The notes under the pieces are model-generated. The model saw only the letters and a list, made by a program, of their open reading frames with translations. It was not told the DNA's origin and ran no database searches. Positions 7,452-15,712 of a DNA stretch of 64,000 nucleotides are shown here, piece after piece (position 1 is the stretch's first letter; each line of letters starts with the position of its first letter). The stretch comes from Patescibacteria group bacterium (GTDB lineage: Bacteria; Patescibacteriota; Patescibacteriia; UBA10025; JAHIVO01), in assembly GCA_043808365.1 (NCBI GenBank), contig JAZDEZ010000021.1:64403-128402 (forward strand), in the 5' to 3' direction. A program made the translations under genes and the position numbers.

Positions 7452-8219
7452 TTAGTTGTTGTCAGGGCCGTGCTGGCGCGATGGCTGGGGAGAGGCGTTG
7501 GCCGCGTAATACTGCGCCGAAGTGTTTTTTTTCGGCTGATACTGCGCCGAGGCCATCTGCGCTCCGGTCTGTTCGTTCTCCTCGGGCACGTCGATTTCCT
7601 GGTGCCGAGGCGCGGCAGGCTGGCGTTCCTGAGCGCTGGTATTCTTCCAGTCATTCCTCTCGTTGGAACTATGAGAACTGCCGTCTCCGGTCGGAAATAT
7701 TTCTGCCCCGCTCGACAGGAGTTTCGAAACGAACCCCGCCGCCTGAGCCAGGGCTGCCCGTTCGGCATTCACTGCCCAGCGTCCTGGCTGATCGCCGGAC
7801 ATCTTGGTGTTATAGGCCCCGCCGACAGCCGCCATATACCCGCCTGCTAGCAGGAAGAATCCTGACAGGGCGACGGCACTGATGGGCGGCAGTTTGCCGG
7901 TATTATTAAGCATTTGGGCCAGCTTTGAGAGAGGCCAGCGCAGGGCCCAGACGCCGATGATGCCAAGTATTAATAAGAGAACGATCGGATTGAAATCCGC
8001 GCGGCTCTCCATTTCCGCTTCGGCGCCGAAAAACCATGGGATGGAATTATTGGTGAGGTACCAAACCTCCCCGCCGAAAACAGAGATAGACATCAGGACG
8101 ATGAAATAAATGTCACCGCTGCGCTTCCAGCCGTAGGTTTTGGCCCGTGTCCAGGCGAACAGCGTCAGGCCAAATATCCCTAAGGCGAGCGCCCAGTTCA
8201 TTAAGGTTGCCCAATTCAA
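7452..8219 (-). CDS. hypothetical membrane protein with disordered Gln/Ser/Ala-rich C-terminus
   Basis: 255 aa. AGGAGG lies 5 nt upstream of the TTG start. About 5 TM helices, then a low-complexity tail. Confidence 0.6.
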   Translation of the reverse strand: MNWATLMNWALALGIFGLTLFAWTRAKTYGWKRSGDIYFIVLMSISVFGGEVWYLTNNSIPWFFGAEAEMESRADFNPIVLLLILGIIGVWALRWPLSKLAQMLNNTGKLPPISAVALSGFFLLAGGYMAAVGGAYNTKMSGDQPGRWAVNAERAALAQAAGFVSKLLSSGAEIFPTGDGSSHSSNERNDWKNTSAQERQPAAPRHQEIDVPEENEQTGAQMASAQYQPKKNTSAQYYAANASPQPSRQHGPDNN

Positions 8220-8525
8220 TCAGACCTCCTGGGTTAGAGTTAATGTTTGTCCTCGAAAGACTTTTCAAAAGCGCTCGATGAGTTCGCGCCGTCTTTCAGG
8301 GTCGCCGTCAGCCGCGGCTTTTGTCGAGCCGAGTGCGGCGATCATCCATACGATCACGAGACAGCCGGCATGAGCCAGTTGTCCATTAATCGGTGCTACA
8401 TATGGAGCGATACCTCCTTTATGGTTATTGATTGTTAACGAGCTAAAAAGCCTGCCGTTACTTTACTACATACAGCAACAGCCGGCAATACATACAGAAG
8501 GGTCAGCCAAAAGCTGTCTGCAGAC

Positions 8526-8568
8526 AAGAAGAATGTTCTAAGGGTTGACCAAGGTTTGCACCCCGATG
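8526..8568 (+). repeat. 43-nt perfect direct repeat, copy 1
   Basis: CAAGAAGAATGTTCTAAGGGTTGACCAAGGTTTGCACCCCGAT, identical to 8782-8824. Confidence 0.9.
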
Positions 8569-8781
8569 AACTACCCCACTAGCCTAGCTGACGAGGTATC
8601 GTCAGCATAGAAAATGCGTTCATTCTCCGTAGCTGGCTATCCTCCTTCGCTTGCGCTATGGAGGATTCTCTCTATTTCATTTCTCCACAGCAAGCTGTGG
8701 AGTATAATAGCGGAGGAGAATTATCCTAGAAACGGTCTCTATGTCCCGCTACCAGTTGATTCAAAATATCGATCTGCGCTC

Positions 8782-8824
8782 AAGAAGAATGTTCTAAGGG
8801 TTGACCAAGGTTTGCACCCCGATT
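8782..8824 (+). repeat. 43-nt perfect direct repeat, copy 2 (contains TTGACC-17-TATCCT promoter-like spacing)
   Basis: Identical to 8526-8568. Only in this copy is it followed by TATCCT at -10 distance. Confidence 0.9.
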
Positions 8825-9127
8825 ATCCTAGGAACAGTCTCCATGCTTGTCGTGAGCGCAGGTCGATACATTAAATTTTTAACAGTACGCGGGATCCTCG
8901 GTTTTCTCATATTTCATAATATTGAGAATCGGGGCTTGTCGTGCCTGCCCCGTAAGAAATCGAAGATTTCGTGCGGGGAGCGCAGGTCGATATATTGATA
9001 CGTAAAATAACTGAGAAATTACGATAACAGACCATAGTATCATGTCCCGTGATCCTTGTCAAGGGGTGCTTAGGGGTGGTAAGATTGATTTGAAAAGGCA
9101 AAAAATAATAATTAATAATCTTTCAAT

Positions 9128-10102
9128 ATGTTAACCATTAAACAGATATATGACCTGGCCATCAGGCTGGGCACGCAGAACGACCTGCGCGGCATAACTG
9201 CGGTTCAAAAAAAACTGAAAAGGGTGCGCGAGCTCTATGACCGCCTGCCGGCTGAAGATAAAAAGGAGTTTGACCAGGAACGGCTAACGAACCCTTATTC
9301 CGACACGCGGATGTTCGCCTCAAATCCGAATAAGTCCATCAAACGCATTTTAGTCGGAATTGATATCGGTACTGAGGAATTATTGCTGGCCAAGGAATTG
9401 TCAAAACAAAAACCGATTGATTTAGTATTGTCTCATCATCCCCTGGGGCCGGCATTGGCCGGTTTGCATGAAGTGATGGATCTGCAGGCGGAGATTTTTG
9501 CCGGGTACGGGGTGCCGATCACGGTGGCTGAGCGCTTGATGACCATGCGGCTGGAGGAGGTGTCCCGACTGATCTCTTCAGCAAACCATAACCGCCCTCT
9601 TGACGCGGCCAGGCTTCTTGGGCTGGATGTCATATGCACGCATACGGCCACCGATAATATCGTGGCGCATTATTTGGCAGGTCTGATCAAAAAACAGGGC
9701 AAGAAGCTGGAACGTGTCAGTGATGTGATGAAGTTAATTAAAAGCATCCCAGAATATCAGGTAGCAATCAAGCTTAAGGCCGGCCCGATGCTGTTTGCCG
9801 GCGGTTTGGACCGGTATGCCGGCAACATCGCCCTGTCTGAGGTGACCGGCGGCACGTCTGGCAGTAAAGAGATGTATGAGAAGCTGTCACAGGCTGGCAT
9901 CGGCACGATTATCGGCATGCATATGCATGAGGAGTATAAGAAGGAAGCGGAAAAACAGCATATCAATGTCGTGATTGCCGGCCACATCTCTTCTGATTCG
10001 CTTGGCATGAATTTTTTCCTGGATGAATTAGAGAAGAAGGGCATTGAAGTCATCCCGTGCTCGGGGTTGATACGCGTAAAAAGATTTAAAAGGCGAAAGT
10101 AG
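9128..10102 (+). CDS. NIF3-like (DUF34, GTP cyclohydrolase 1 type 2 homologue) metal-binding protein
   Basis: 'IDLVLSHHPLGPA' and 'VIAGHISSDSLG' correspond to the conserved HHP and GH..(S/E) metal-ligand motifs of NIF3 proteins. Confidence 0.7.
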   Translation: MLTIKQIYDLAIRLGTQNDLRGITAVQKKLKRVRELYDRLPAEDKKEFDQERLTNPYSDTRMFASNPNKSIKRILVGIDIGTEELLLAKELSKQKPIDLVLSHHPLGPALAGLHEVMDLQAEIFAGYGVPITVAERLMTMRLEEVSRLISSANHNRPLDAARLLGLDVICTHTATDNIVAHYLAGLIKKQGKKLERVSDVMKLIKSIPEYQVAIKLKAGPMLFAGGLDRYAGNIALSEVTGGTSGSKEMYEKLSQAGIGTIIGMHMHEEYKKEAEKQHINVVIAGHISSDSLGMNFFLDELEKKGIEVIPCSGLIRVKRFKRRK

Positions 10103-10128
10103 TTGAATATTTCGAATTTTATTAAACA

Positions 10129-11157
10129 ATGACTGACCAAACACATCGAATAATTACTGTGAAAGAAAAGGGCGAGGACCGGACGCTTGACCTGACGCTC
10201 CGGCCAAAGAACCTGAAGGAGTTTGTCGGCCAGGAATCCATCAAGGACAGCCTGACGATTTTCATGCAGGCCGCGAAGAAACGCAACGAGCCCCTTGAGC
10301 ATGTCTTACTGCATGGCCCGCCCGGCATCGGCAAGACGACATTGGCCCATATCATCGGCAAAGAAATGGGAGTGGGCGTGCGCGTCACTTCCGGCCCGGC
10401 CATTGAGAAGGCCGGCGACCTTGGCGCGATCCTGACCAATTTGGAAGACGGCGACGTCTTGTTCATCGACGAGATCCACCGCCTCAACCGCGTGATTGAA
10501 GAGGTATTGTACCCGGCCATGGAAGAGTACGCCTTGGATATTATTGTCGGCAAAGGCCCGTCCGCCCGCACCTTGCGCTTGGATCTGCCGAAGTTTACGC
10601 TGGTCGGCGCGACCACGCGCATGAACCTGCTGTCCTCCCCGCTCCGCGACCGATTCGGCACCGTGTTCCGCCTGGATTTTTACGGCAATGAAGATATTGA
10701 AAAAATAATTAAGCGATCAGCAAAGATATTGGGAGTGGCCATAGACGCCGGTGCGTTGGCCATGATCGCCAGCCGGTCGCGCCGCACGCCGCGCGTCGCT
10801 AACCGCCTGTTGAAGCGCGTCCGCGATTTCGCCCAGGTGAAATCCGATGGTAAAATTACTGAAGACCTTGCCACGACCGCTTTGAGACAATTATCCATTG
10901 ATGAAGCCGGTCTGGATGAAATTGATCGAAAGATTCTTACTTTCATTATTGAAAAATACGGCGGCGGGCCGGTTGGCCTCAATACTATTGCCGCAGCCAT
11001 TGCTGAGGAGCAGTCTACTTTAGAAGATGTCTATGAGCCGTATCTGATGCAGTCCGGCTTCCTAGCCCGCACCTCGCGCGGCCGCGTTGTGACAGAATCA
11101 GGCTATAAGCATTTGGGCAAGGACATACCGGGCAATTTACAGAGTAAGCTAGTTTAA
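10129..11157 (+). CDS. ruvB: Holliday junction branch-migration helicase RuvB
   Basis: '[58 protein letters not shown]', 'LFIDEIHRL', 'TLVGATTR'. Confidence 0.95.
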   Translation: MTDQTHRIITVKEKGEDRTLDLTLRPKNLKEFVGQESIKDSLTIFMQAAKKRNEPLEHVLLHGPPGIGKTTLAHIIGKEMGVGVRVTSGPAIEKAGDLGAILTNLEDGDVLFIDEIHRLNRVIEEVLYPAMEEYALDIIVGKGPSARTLRLDLPKFTLVGATTRMNLLSSPLRDRFGTVFRLDFYGNEDIEKIIKRSAKILGVAIDAGALAMIASRSRRTPRVANRLLKRVRDFAQVKSDGKITEDLATTALRQLSIDEAGLDEIDRKILTFIIEKYGGGPVGLNTIAAAIAEEQSTLEDVYEPYLMQSGFLARTSRGRVVTESGYKHLGKDIPGNLQSKLV

Positions 11158-11174
11158 TTTTTAATACATAAATT

Positions 11175-11927
11175 ATGAAAACATTTACCATTTTATTACT
11201 GTTTTGTGGGGGGTTATTTTTGGGGTTGCATGCGTCAGCCGCGACACACGTCGGTATCAGGACGGTGAATTGCGCATTTGTAAATGCTCGTGCAGAAGCG
11301 GATAACGCGCATGTTTACACCCTTAATCCAACTCATACATATCAGTTGAATGAGGCGTATAGAAATTTTTGGGCACGCGATGCCCGATGCAGTGAATTAC
11401 AGTTTCACATTGACCATAATACTACTTTATCCCGCCTGGATGCTTGGCTCAAGTCCGTCGCCCAAGGCTGGTACAAGAATATGGGCAGTTCTCCTTATAA
11501 TAATAAAACCGTAAGTACCTTGAGATATGAATGGTTCCTGGTTAAGGACGGGCAACTTAGGAGAATCCCCGATATATTGACTGGTTGGTCGTGGGGGTTG
11601 ATGGCCGGAGATCGAATGAACATCCCCTACGCCATGACTAATGATTTTTATGCATCAGTGAAAATCGGTGCACCATTGAAATTTGCCGATGGCGTCTATG
11701 CCAATGAAATTCTAGCTATATGGAAAGACGGAAAGCGGGATTACGACGCATTGCCAAGCGTCATGGCCACGGAAATTGATAAGGCGGTCAATAATACATT
11801 TGCCGGTGAGATGGTGGACGGGATTTTTAAAGCCTGTCTGTTTGGTAATCGTTATCCCGGAGATTCGTGGGGCAAGTTGTTTGATTGGTCATGGATGAAA
11901 CGGAATCCAAGGTGTAATGTCGTTTAG
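11175..11927 (+). CDS. secreted hypothetical protein
   Basis: Signal peptide 'MKTFTILLLFCGGLFLGLHASA'. No family recognised. Confidence 0.6.
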   Translation: MKTFTILLLFCGGLFLGLHASAATHVGIRTVNCAFVNARAEADNAHVYTLNPTHTYQLNEAYRNFWARDARCSELQFHIDHNTTLSRLDAWLKSVAQGWYKNMGSSPYNNKTVSTLRYEWFLVKDGQLRRIPDILTGWSWGLMAGDRMNIPYAMTNDFYASVKIGAPLKFADGVYANEILAIWKDGKRDYDALPSVMATEIDKAVNNTFAGEMVDGIFKACLFGNRYPGDSWGKLFDWSWMKRNPRCNVV

Positions 11928-12241
11928 TAGATAAAATTAGTCAATAACTACCAGTGTCTTTGACAGACGCAGGTGGTTTTGTTTTACTTATTACATCCTG
12001 CAGCAGACACCAGGTCATGGTACTTGTACAGCTGTAGGGAATGGCAACACATAGTCGCAGAACCCGCTACAACGGAGGTATGTGCTATGAAAAAGATCAA
12101 TGTGATTCCCGGATACTATCCGAACCCGTAGCTGCCAAGCTGGACGCACGTGGTTGGGGTTTATCCCAAGAATCACAACGACTTTGAGGGCGGACCTGAG
12201 TGTCCCCCTCTTTTTTATGGTAATGTGCTACTTTTCTTGGC

Positions 12242-12485
12242 GCCCCGCGACATTCGTCGGGGCGGGCTTCAAAGTGGCAGGAAAGAACCGCCGCCCTATT
12301 TTGTCATTCTGAGGAGTCCCGAACGAAAGGAGGGACGACGTGAGAATCTCGATTCCATTTGCACGGAGATTGCCACGTCACTCACTCCGCTCATTCCTCG
12401 TAATGACACAGAGTGGGGCGGCAGTCCTTTCCGTGTCAATCCCCCTCTACGATTACTGAGATTGCTTCGCTCGCAATGACAGAGA
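12242..12485. repeat. nested palindromic repeat block (GTCATT.../...AATGAC type)
   Basis: GCCCCG-N10-CGGGGC (12242-12263). GTCATTCTGAGG (12303) pairs with CCTCGTAATGAC (12397). ATTGC-TTCGCTC-GCAATGAC lies at 12461-12480. The track ORF 12150..12479 is its translation. Confidence 0.5.
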
Positions 12486-12530
12486 AAGGGGCAGTGTTAT
12501 TTTATTTATTTATGCGTTACAATATAGAAC

Positions 12531-13658
12531 ATGCAGACTTCAATGTTTGATTATCACCTGCCGTCAGGACGCATCGCCCAAGTACCGGCCTCGCCGCGTG
12601 ATAGTTCGCGGTTATTAGTGTTTAATCGGAAAACAAAAAAGGTTATTCATGACCGATTCAAACATTTGACCGAATATCTCCGGTCCGGTGATGTATTGGT
12701 ATTTAATGATACGAAAGTTTTTCCAGCTCGTTTACATGGCCAGAAGTCTACAGGAGGCCAGATGGAGGTTTTTCTTTTACGTCCATTGATCGGTAACGCG
12801 TGGGAGGTCTTGATTGGCGGGAAAGTCCGCCGGATTGGCTTGGTGATTACTTTCAAACTAGGTCTACGGTGTGAGGTGGTCAGGCAGCTGGAAGGTGGGG
12901 TCTGGCATGTGAGGTTCAATAAGGCGCCACAGCAGGTATTGGCAATCGCGGATAAAATCGGTTCAACGCCAACGCCGCCATATATAAAAAAGACCGCTTC
13001 AATGGCAGACTACCAGACAGTTTATGCGAAGAAAGTCGGTTCAGTGGCCGCGCCCACGGCCGGTTTCCATTTCACTAAACGCCTGTTAGCGCAGTTGAAA
13101 AAGAAAGGCGTGCAGTTTGAATTTGTTACGCTTCATGTCGGCCTCGGAACTTTTCAGCCGGTGAAGGTTGAGGATATTCGCCAGCACAAGATGCACGCGG
13201 AGTACGCGGAAATTTCTAAAAATACATTAAACCATTTGCGTCAGGCCAAGAAAGAAGGCCGCAGGATTATTGCAGTCGGCACGACGTCGGTGAGGGTGTT
13301 GGAGACAGTCTACGGACGATGGACTACCCGCCCGCTTCGCATTGCGAATCAAGGCGGGCGGGCTGACTACGGCCGAGACCGTACTGTTCAAAGTTCAAAG
13401 TTCATGGCTCATGGTTTTCGAGGTTGGATCAATACTTTTATTTACCCTGGTTACCGATTCAAAATAGTTGACGCCATGATCACTAATTTCCATTTGCCGA
13501 AGTCAACCTTGTTGATGCTGGTGGCAGCCTTTTTATCAGAGCGAAAGCGAGGGCTTTCGCCCACCCAAACTGTGGAGCGTTTACAAACGATTTACCAAAT
13601 CGCCATCAGGGAACAATACCGTTTCTACAGTTTCGGGGACGGGATGCTGATCGAATAA
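12531..13658 (+). CDS. queA: S-adenosylmethionine:tRNA ribosyltransferase-isomerase QueA
   Basis: 'FDYHLPSGRIAQVPASPRDSSRLLV', 'VAAPTAGFHFT', 'VGTTSVRVLE', 'ITNFHLPKSTLLMLVAAF', 'YRFYSFGDGMLI'. Confidence 0.93.
   Translation: MQTSMFDYHLPSGRIAQVPASPRDSSRLLVFNRKTKKVIHDRFKHLTEYLRSGDVLVFNDTKVFPARLHGQKSTGGQMEVFLLRPLIGNAWEVLIGGKVRRIGLVITFKLGLRCEVVRQLEGGVWHVRFNKAPQQVLAIADKIGSTPTPPYIKKTASMADYQTVYAKKVGSVAAPTAGFHFTKRLLAQLKKKGVQFEFVTLHVGLGTFQPVKVEDIRQHKMHAEYAEISKNTLNHLRQAKKEGRRIIAVGTTSVRVLETVYGRWTTRPLRIANQGGRADYGRDRTVQSSKFMAHGFRGWINTFIYPGYRFKIVDAMITNFHLPKSTLLMLVAAFLSERKRGLSPTQTVERLQTIYQIAIREQYRFYSFGDGMLIE
13327..13362. repeat. GC-rich palindromic element embedded in frame in queA
   Basis: CCCGCCCGCTTCGCATTGCGAATCAAGGCGGGCGGG. 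It has the same CCCGCCCGCTTCGC head as the elements at 3947 and 28408. Confidence 0.7.
13541..13560. repeat. second in-frame hairpin in queA
   Basis: GCGAAAG-CGAGGG-CTTTCGC, a perfect 7-bp stem, encoding part of 'SERKRGLSPTQ'. Confidence 0.55.
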
Positions 13659-13676
13659 GCGTTTTAAAATATAAAA

Positions 13677-13706
13677 CCTGACGTGCTTAATGCAAGTCAG
13701 GCTTTT
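13677..13706. terminator. bidirectional stem-loop between convergent queA and lipoprotein gene
   Basis: CCTGAC-N13-GTCAGG, flanked by an A-run on the left and CTTTTAAAAAAAA on the right. Confidence 0.5.
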
Positions 13707-13716
13707 AAAAAAAAGA

Positions 13717-14556
13717 TCAAGGAGCAGAATACGCGCACCACGCTTGCCGTAAGGCAATTGCTTCCGACCACCATGGCGGTTTGGGCTCCTCGGGCATCCA
13801 TTTACCGACGAACTCATAATCCCCATTTTCTTCCTGCTTGAAATAGCAGTGGGCGTAGTAGATGCAGCCGCAGTAACAGTCGCCCCAGCCGATGTCGACC
13901 AAAAAGTTTATTTTCCCCGTTGCTGAATCTATTCCCGGATAGCAGTTGCTGATGCCGCCGATAATGGACGGGGAATAGACGCGCTGCATCACCCCGGTGA
14001 AGATGTCGTACGCTTCGCTTATTTTTTTGGAGTCGAGCCGGCCATGGAAGAAGTGGGTAAGCAGAACGATTCCAAGTCTTGTCCAGTGCTTGACTTGCAG
14101 GCTGTCCAGCCGGTAAAAGGCGTTGAGCGAATCCCAGACCGGGTTGCCGGTTGGCTGTCCGGCCGTCAGCAGAGTATCCGGCAGGCGCAAATTAAATGAG
14201 TCGGAATAAAAATACAGCTCGAATCGGCCGGGCGTGCCTGGGTCAAAAAAACTGATGCGGGTCGGATTAATGACCCAGCCGGCACGACCTTCGTATGTCG
14301 TAACGCACCAGGCAGAATCGTCAGCCGCGTATTGCTCTCGCCAGCGGGCAAGCGCCTGGAAGCATTTTTCATAAGTCGATTCTGCCGCTACCAGGCGGTT
14401 CTCGGCATACCTCGCGATGTTTTCAGCCTCAGCGTCCGGCCATGGTGATTTGTCGATTTGGCAGGCGAGATCGCAGACCGGCGGTTGCGGTCCGACTGGA
14501 TCACTGCAGCCGCAGATGAGTAAAAATCCAAATGTAAACAATACAGCAGGTTTCAT
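13717..14556 (-). CDS. hypothetical lipoprotein (Cys-rich C-terminal part)
   Basis: Start moved to ATG 14556, giving 'MKPAVLFTFGFLLICGCSDP' (signal peptide plus a lipobox-like LICGC). No family recognised. Confidence 0.6.
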   Translation of the reverse strand: MKPAVLFTFGFLLICGCSDPVGPQPPVCDLACQIDKSPWPDAEAENIARYAENRLVAAESTYEKCFQALARWREQYAADDSAWCVTTYEGRAGWVINPTRISFFDPGTPGRFELYFYSDSFNLRLPDTLLTAGQPTGNPVWDSLNAFYRLDSLQVKHWTRLGIVLLTHFFHGRLDSKKISEAYDIFTGVMQRVYSPSIIGGISNCYPGIDSATGKINFLVDIGWGDCYCGCIYYAHCYFKQEENGDYEFVGKWMPEEPKPPWWSEAIALRQAWCAYSAP

Positions 14557-14653
14557 GTCCCCCCCTTGTGTTAAGGTGCAACAAACCAATTTTTATAGTG
14601 GATTTATTATGGCGCGGTAATTCCACGGTGTCAATGTGGTTTCCCCGATGAGG

Positions 14654-15030
14654 CTTCTTGCCGGAGAAAATGTAGTTTTTATGTCGGAATGCGGTTCAGT
14701 CTAGAAGTGTTTTGATTCTGCTAGCTTGCGCAGCCCCGCTAGTCAGCGGGACTTCCAGCCGGAATCGGGAGTAGTTAATTTTCGGAGTGATTTTCAGATG
14801 AGCAAAGTTTTGATTCTGCTGGCTTGGGCAGCCCCGCCATCCGGCGGGACTTCCAGCCGGAGTCCAAGGTGATTTGCTCACAGAATGTTTTTCAACTGAG
14901 TAGTGTCTTTATCCTACTAGCTTGGGCAGCCCCGCCATCCGGCGGGACTTCTTGCCGGAGAAAATGTAATTTTTATGTCGGAATGCGGTTCAGTCTAGAA
15001 GTGTTTTGATTCTGCTAGCTTGCGCAGCAA
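14654..15030. repeat. tandem array, 98-bp period (about 4 units), starting inside the 3' end of the 14990..15658 gene
   Basis: Minus-strand TGA stops (written tca on the + strand) occur at 14696, 14794, 14892 and 14990, exactly 98 nt apart. Each is followed on the + strand by 12 conserved codons and, in the three orphan units, by a CCCGCC-ATCC-GGCGGG-type hairpin. 14654-14735 repeats 14948-15029 with 1 mismatch. Confidence 0.85.
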
Positions 15031-15658
15031 ACGCGGCCCAGTAGTTCTTGTCGCGCTTAGCCTGCAGTTCGTCTGCCATTTCTTCCCAATCATGGGCTGA
15101 TATCCGGACTTGCTTGAATTTGGCCGGATCGATGATTTTCAGGTAGGAGGCGTGCTTGGTGAACTTGCCGCGGATGTCCTGCTGGCGGAATTCTTCCAGC
15201 TTGCCGATCATGCCGTCCCAAGCTTTCTGCTCAAAGGATAATCGGCTGAATTTGGCCGGGTCAATCAGCTTCATGTGATGCGCGTGCGAAGCAAACATGA
15301 TCCAGTTGTTCTGAGTGATGCATTTTTTTAATATTTCAATCATGCCGCGCCAGTGGCGTTCATTGACTTCAATATCTTTTGAATTGGCCGGATCGATCAG
15401 CTTCATGCGCGCCAGGCGCGAAGCAAAGGCGTCCCAATTGTCCTGGCGCCGATAATTTTCCAGCTCGCGCAGCATGCCGACCCAGTCGTTCGGCGAGATG
15501 AAGATGCCTGTGAATTTGGCCGGGTCGATGACTGCCATGCGGGACGCGTGCCAGGTATAGTCGCGCCAAAACTTGCCGCGGCTGTAATTGGCCAGCTCGG
15601 CGACCATGTTCTGCCAGTCGGCCGCAGAAACCTCCATGTTTGGACCGATGAGGGTCAT
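14990..15658 (-). CDS. hypothetical repeat protein (four to five ~45-aa 'W..FA..A..MKLIDPAKF' repeats)
   Basis: Internal periodicity is visible in the translation: 'HASRMAVIDPAKF', 'ASRLARMKLIDPANS', 'ASHAHHMKLIDPAKF', 'KHASYLKIIDPAKF', 'AAQASRIKTLLD*'. Confidence 0.65.
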   Translation of the reverse strand: MTLIGPNMEVSAADWQNMVAELANYSRGKFWRDYTWHASRMAVIDPAKFTGIFISPNDWVGMLRELENYRRQDNWDAFASRLARMKLIDPANSKDIEVNERHWRGMIEILKKCITQNNWIMFASHAHHMKLIDPAKFSRLSFEQKAWDGMIGKLEEFRQQDIRGKFTKHASYLKIIDPAKFKQVRISAHDWEEMADELQAKRDKNYWAAFAAQASRIKTLLD

Positions 15659-15712
15659 GTCCGTATTATAACAAAAAACACCCCTACCAGTGAGTAAGTC
15701 GGTATTTACTCG

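Noticed and set aside
8265-8420. A ~50-codon minus-strand frame encoding a TM-like peptide (…AGCLVIVWMIAALGSTK…) downstream of a strong AAAGGAGGT.
   Set aside because: No canonical start codon lies in that frame near the RBS. The only nearby ATG is followed immediately by TAG. It is too uncertain to call as a gene.
8526-8824. Possible CRISPR or riboswitch tandem from the 43-nt perfect repeat.
   Set aside because: Only two copies are present, 256 nt apart. I could recognise no known riboswitch consensus (preQ1, TPP, SAM, glycine).
10122-10661. 179-aa minus-strand ORF, plus other antisense ORFs within ruvB, pilB, the SpoIID gene and others.
   Set aside because: They lie opposite strongly supported conserved genes and have compositionally biased translations.
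12040-12080. 'GCAGAACCCGCTAC' resembles the 3' P4 strand of bacterial RNase P RNA (ACAGAACCCGGCTTA).
   Set aside because: No 'GAGGAAAGTCCGGGC'-like 5' P4 partner lies within 400 nt upstream, where a signal-peptide-bearing ORF sits instead. The 'GGAAAGTCC' strings at 1966 and 3471 belong to the recombinase inverted repeat.
14654-15030. CRISPR-like appearance (regularly spaced repeats with hairpins).
   Set aside because: The period is 98 bp, with only about 4 units. The 'repeat' includes a conserved coding segment and the 'spacers' are themselves related. No cas genes are present.
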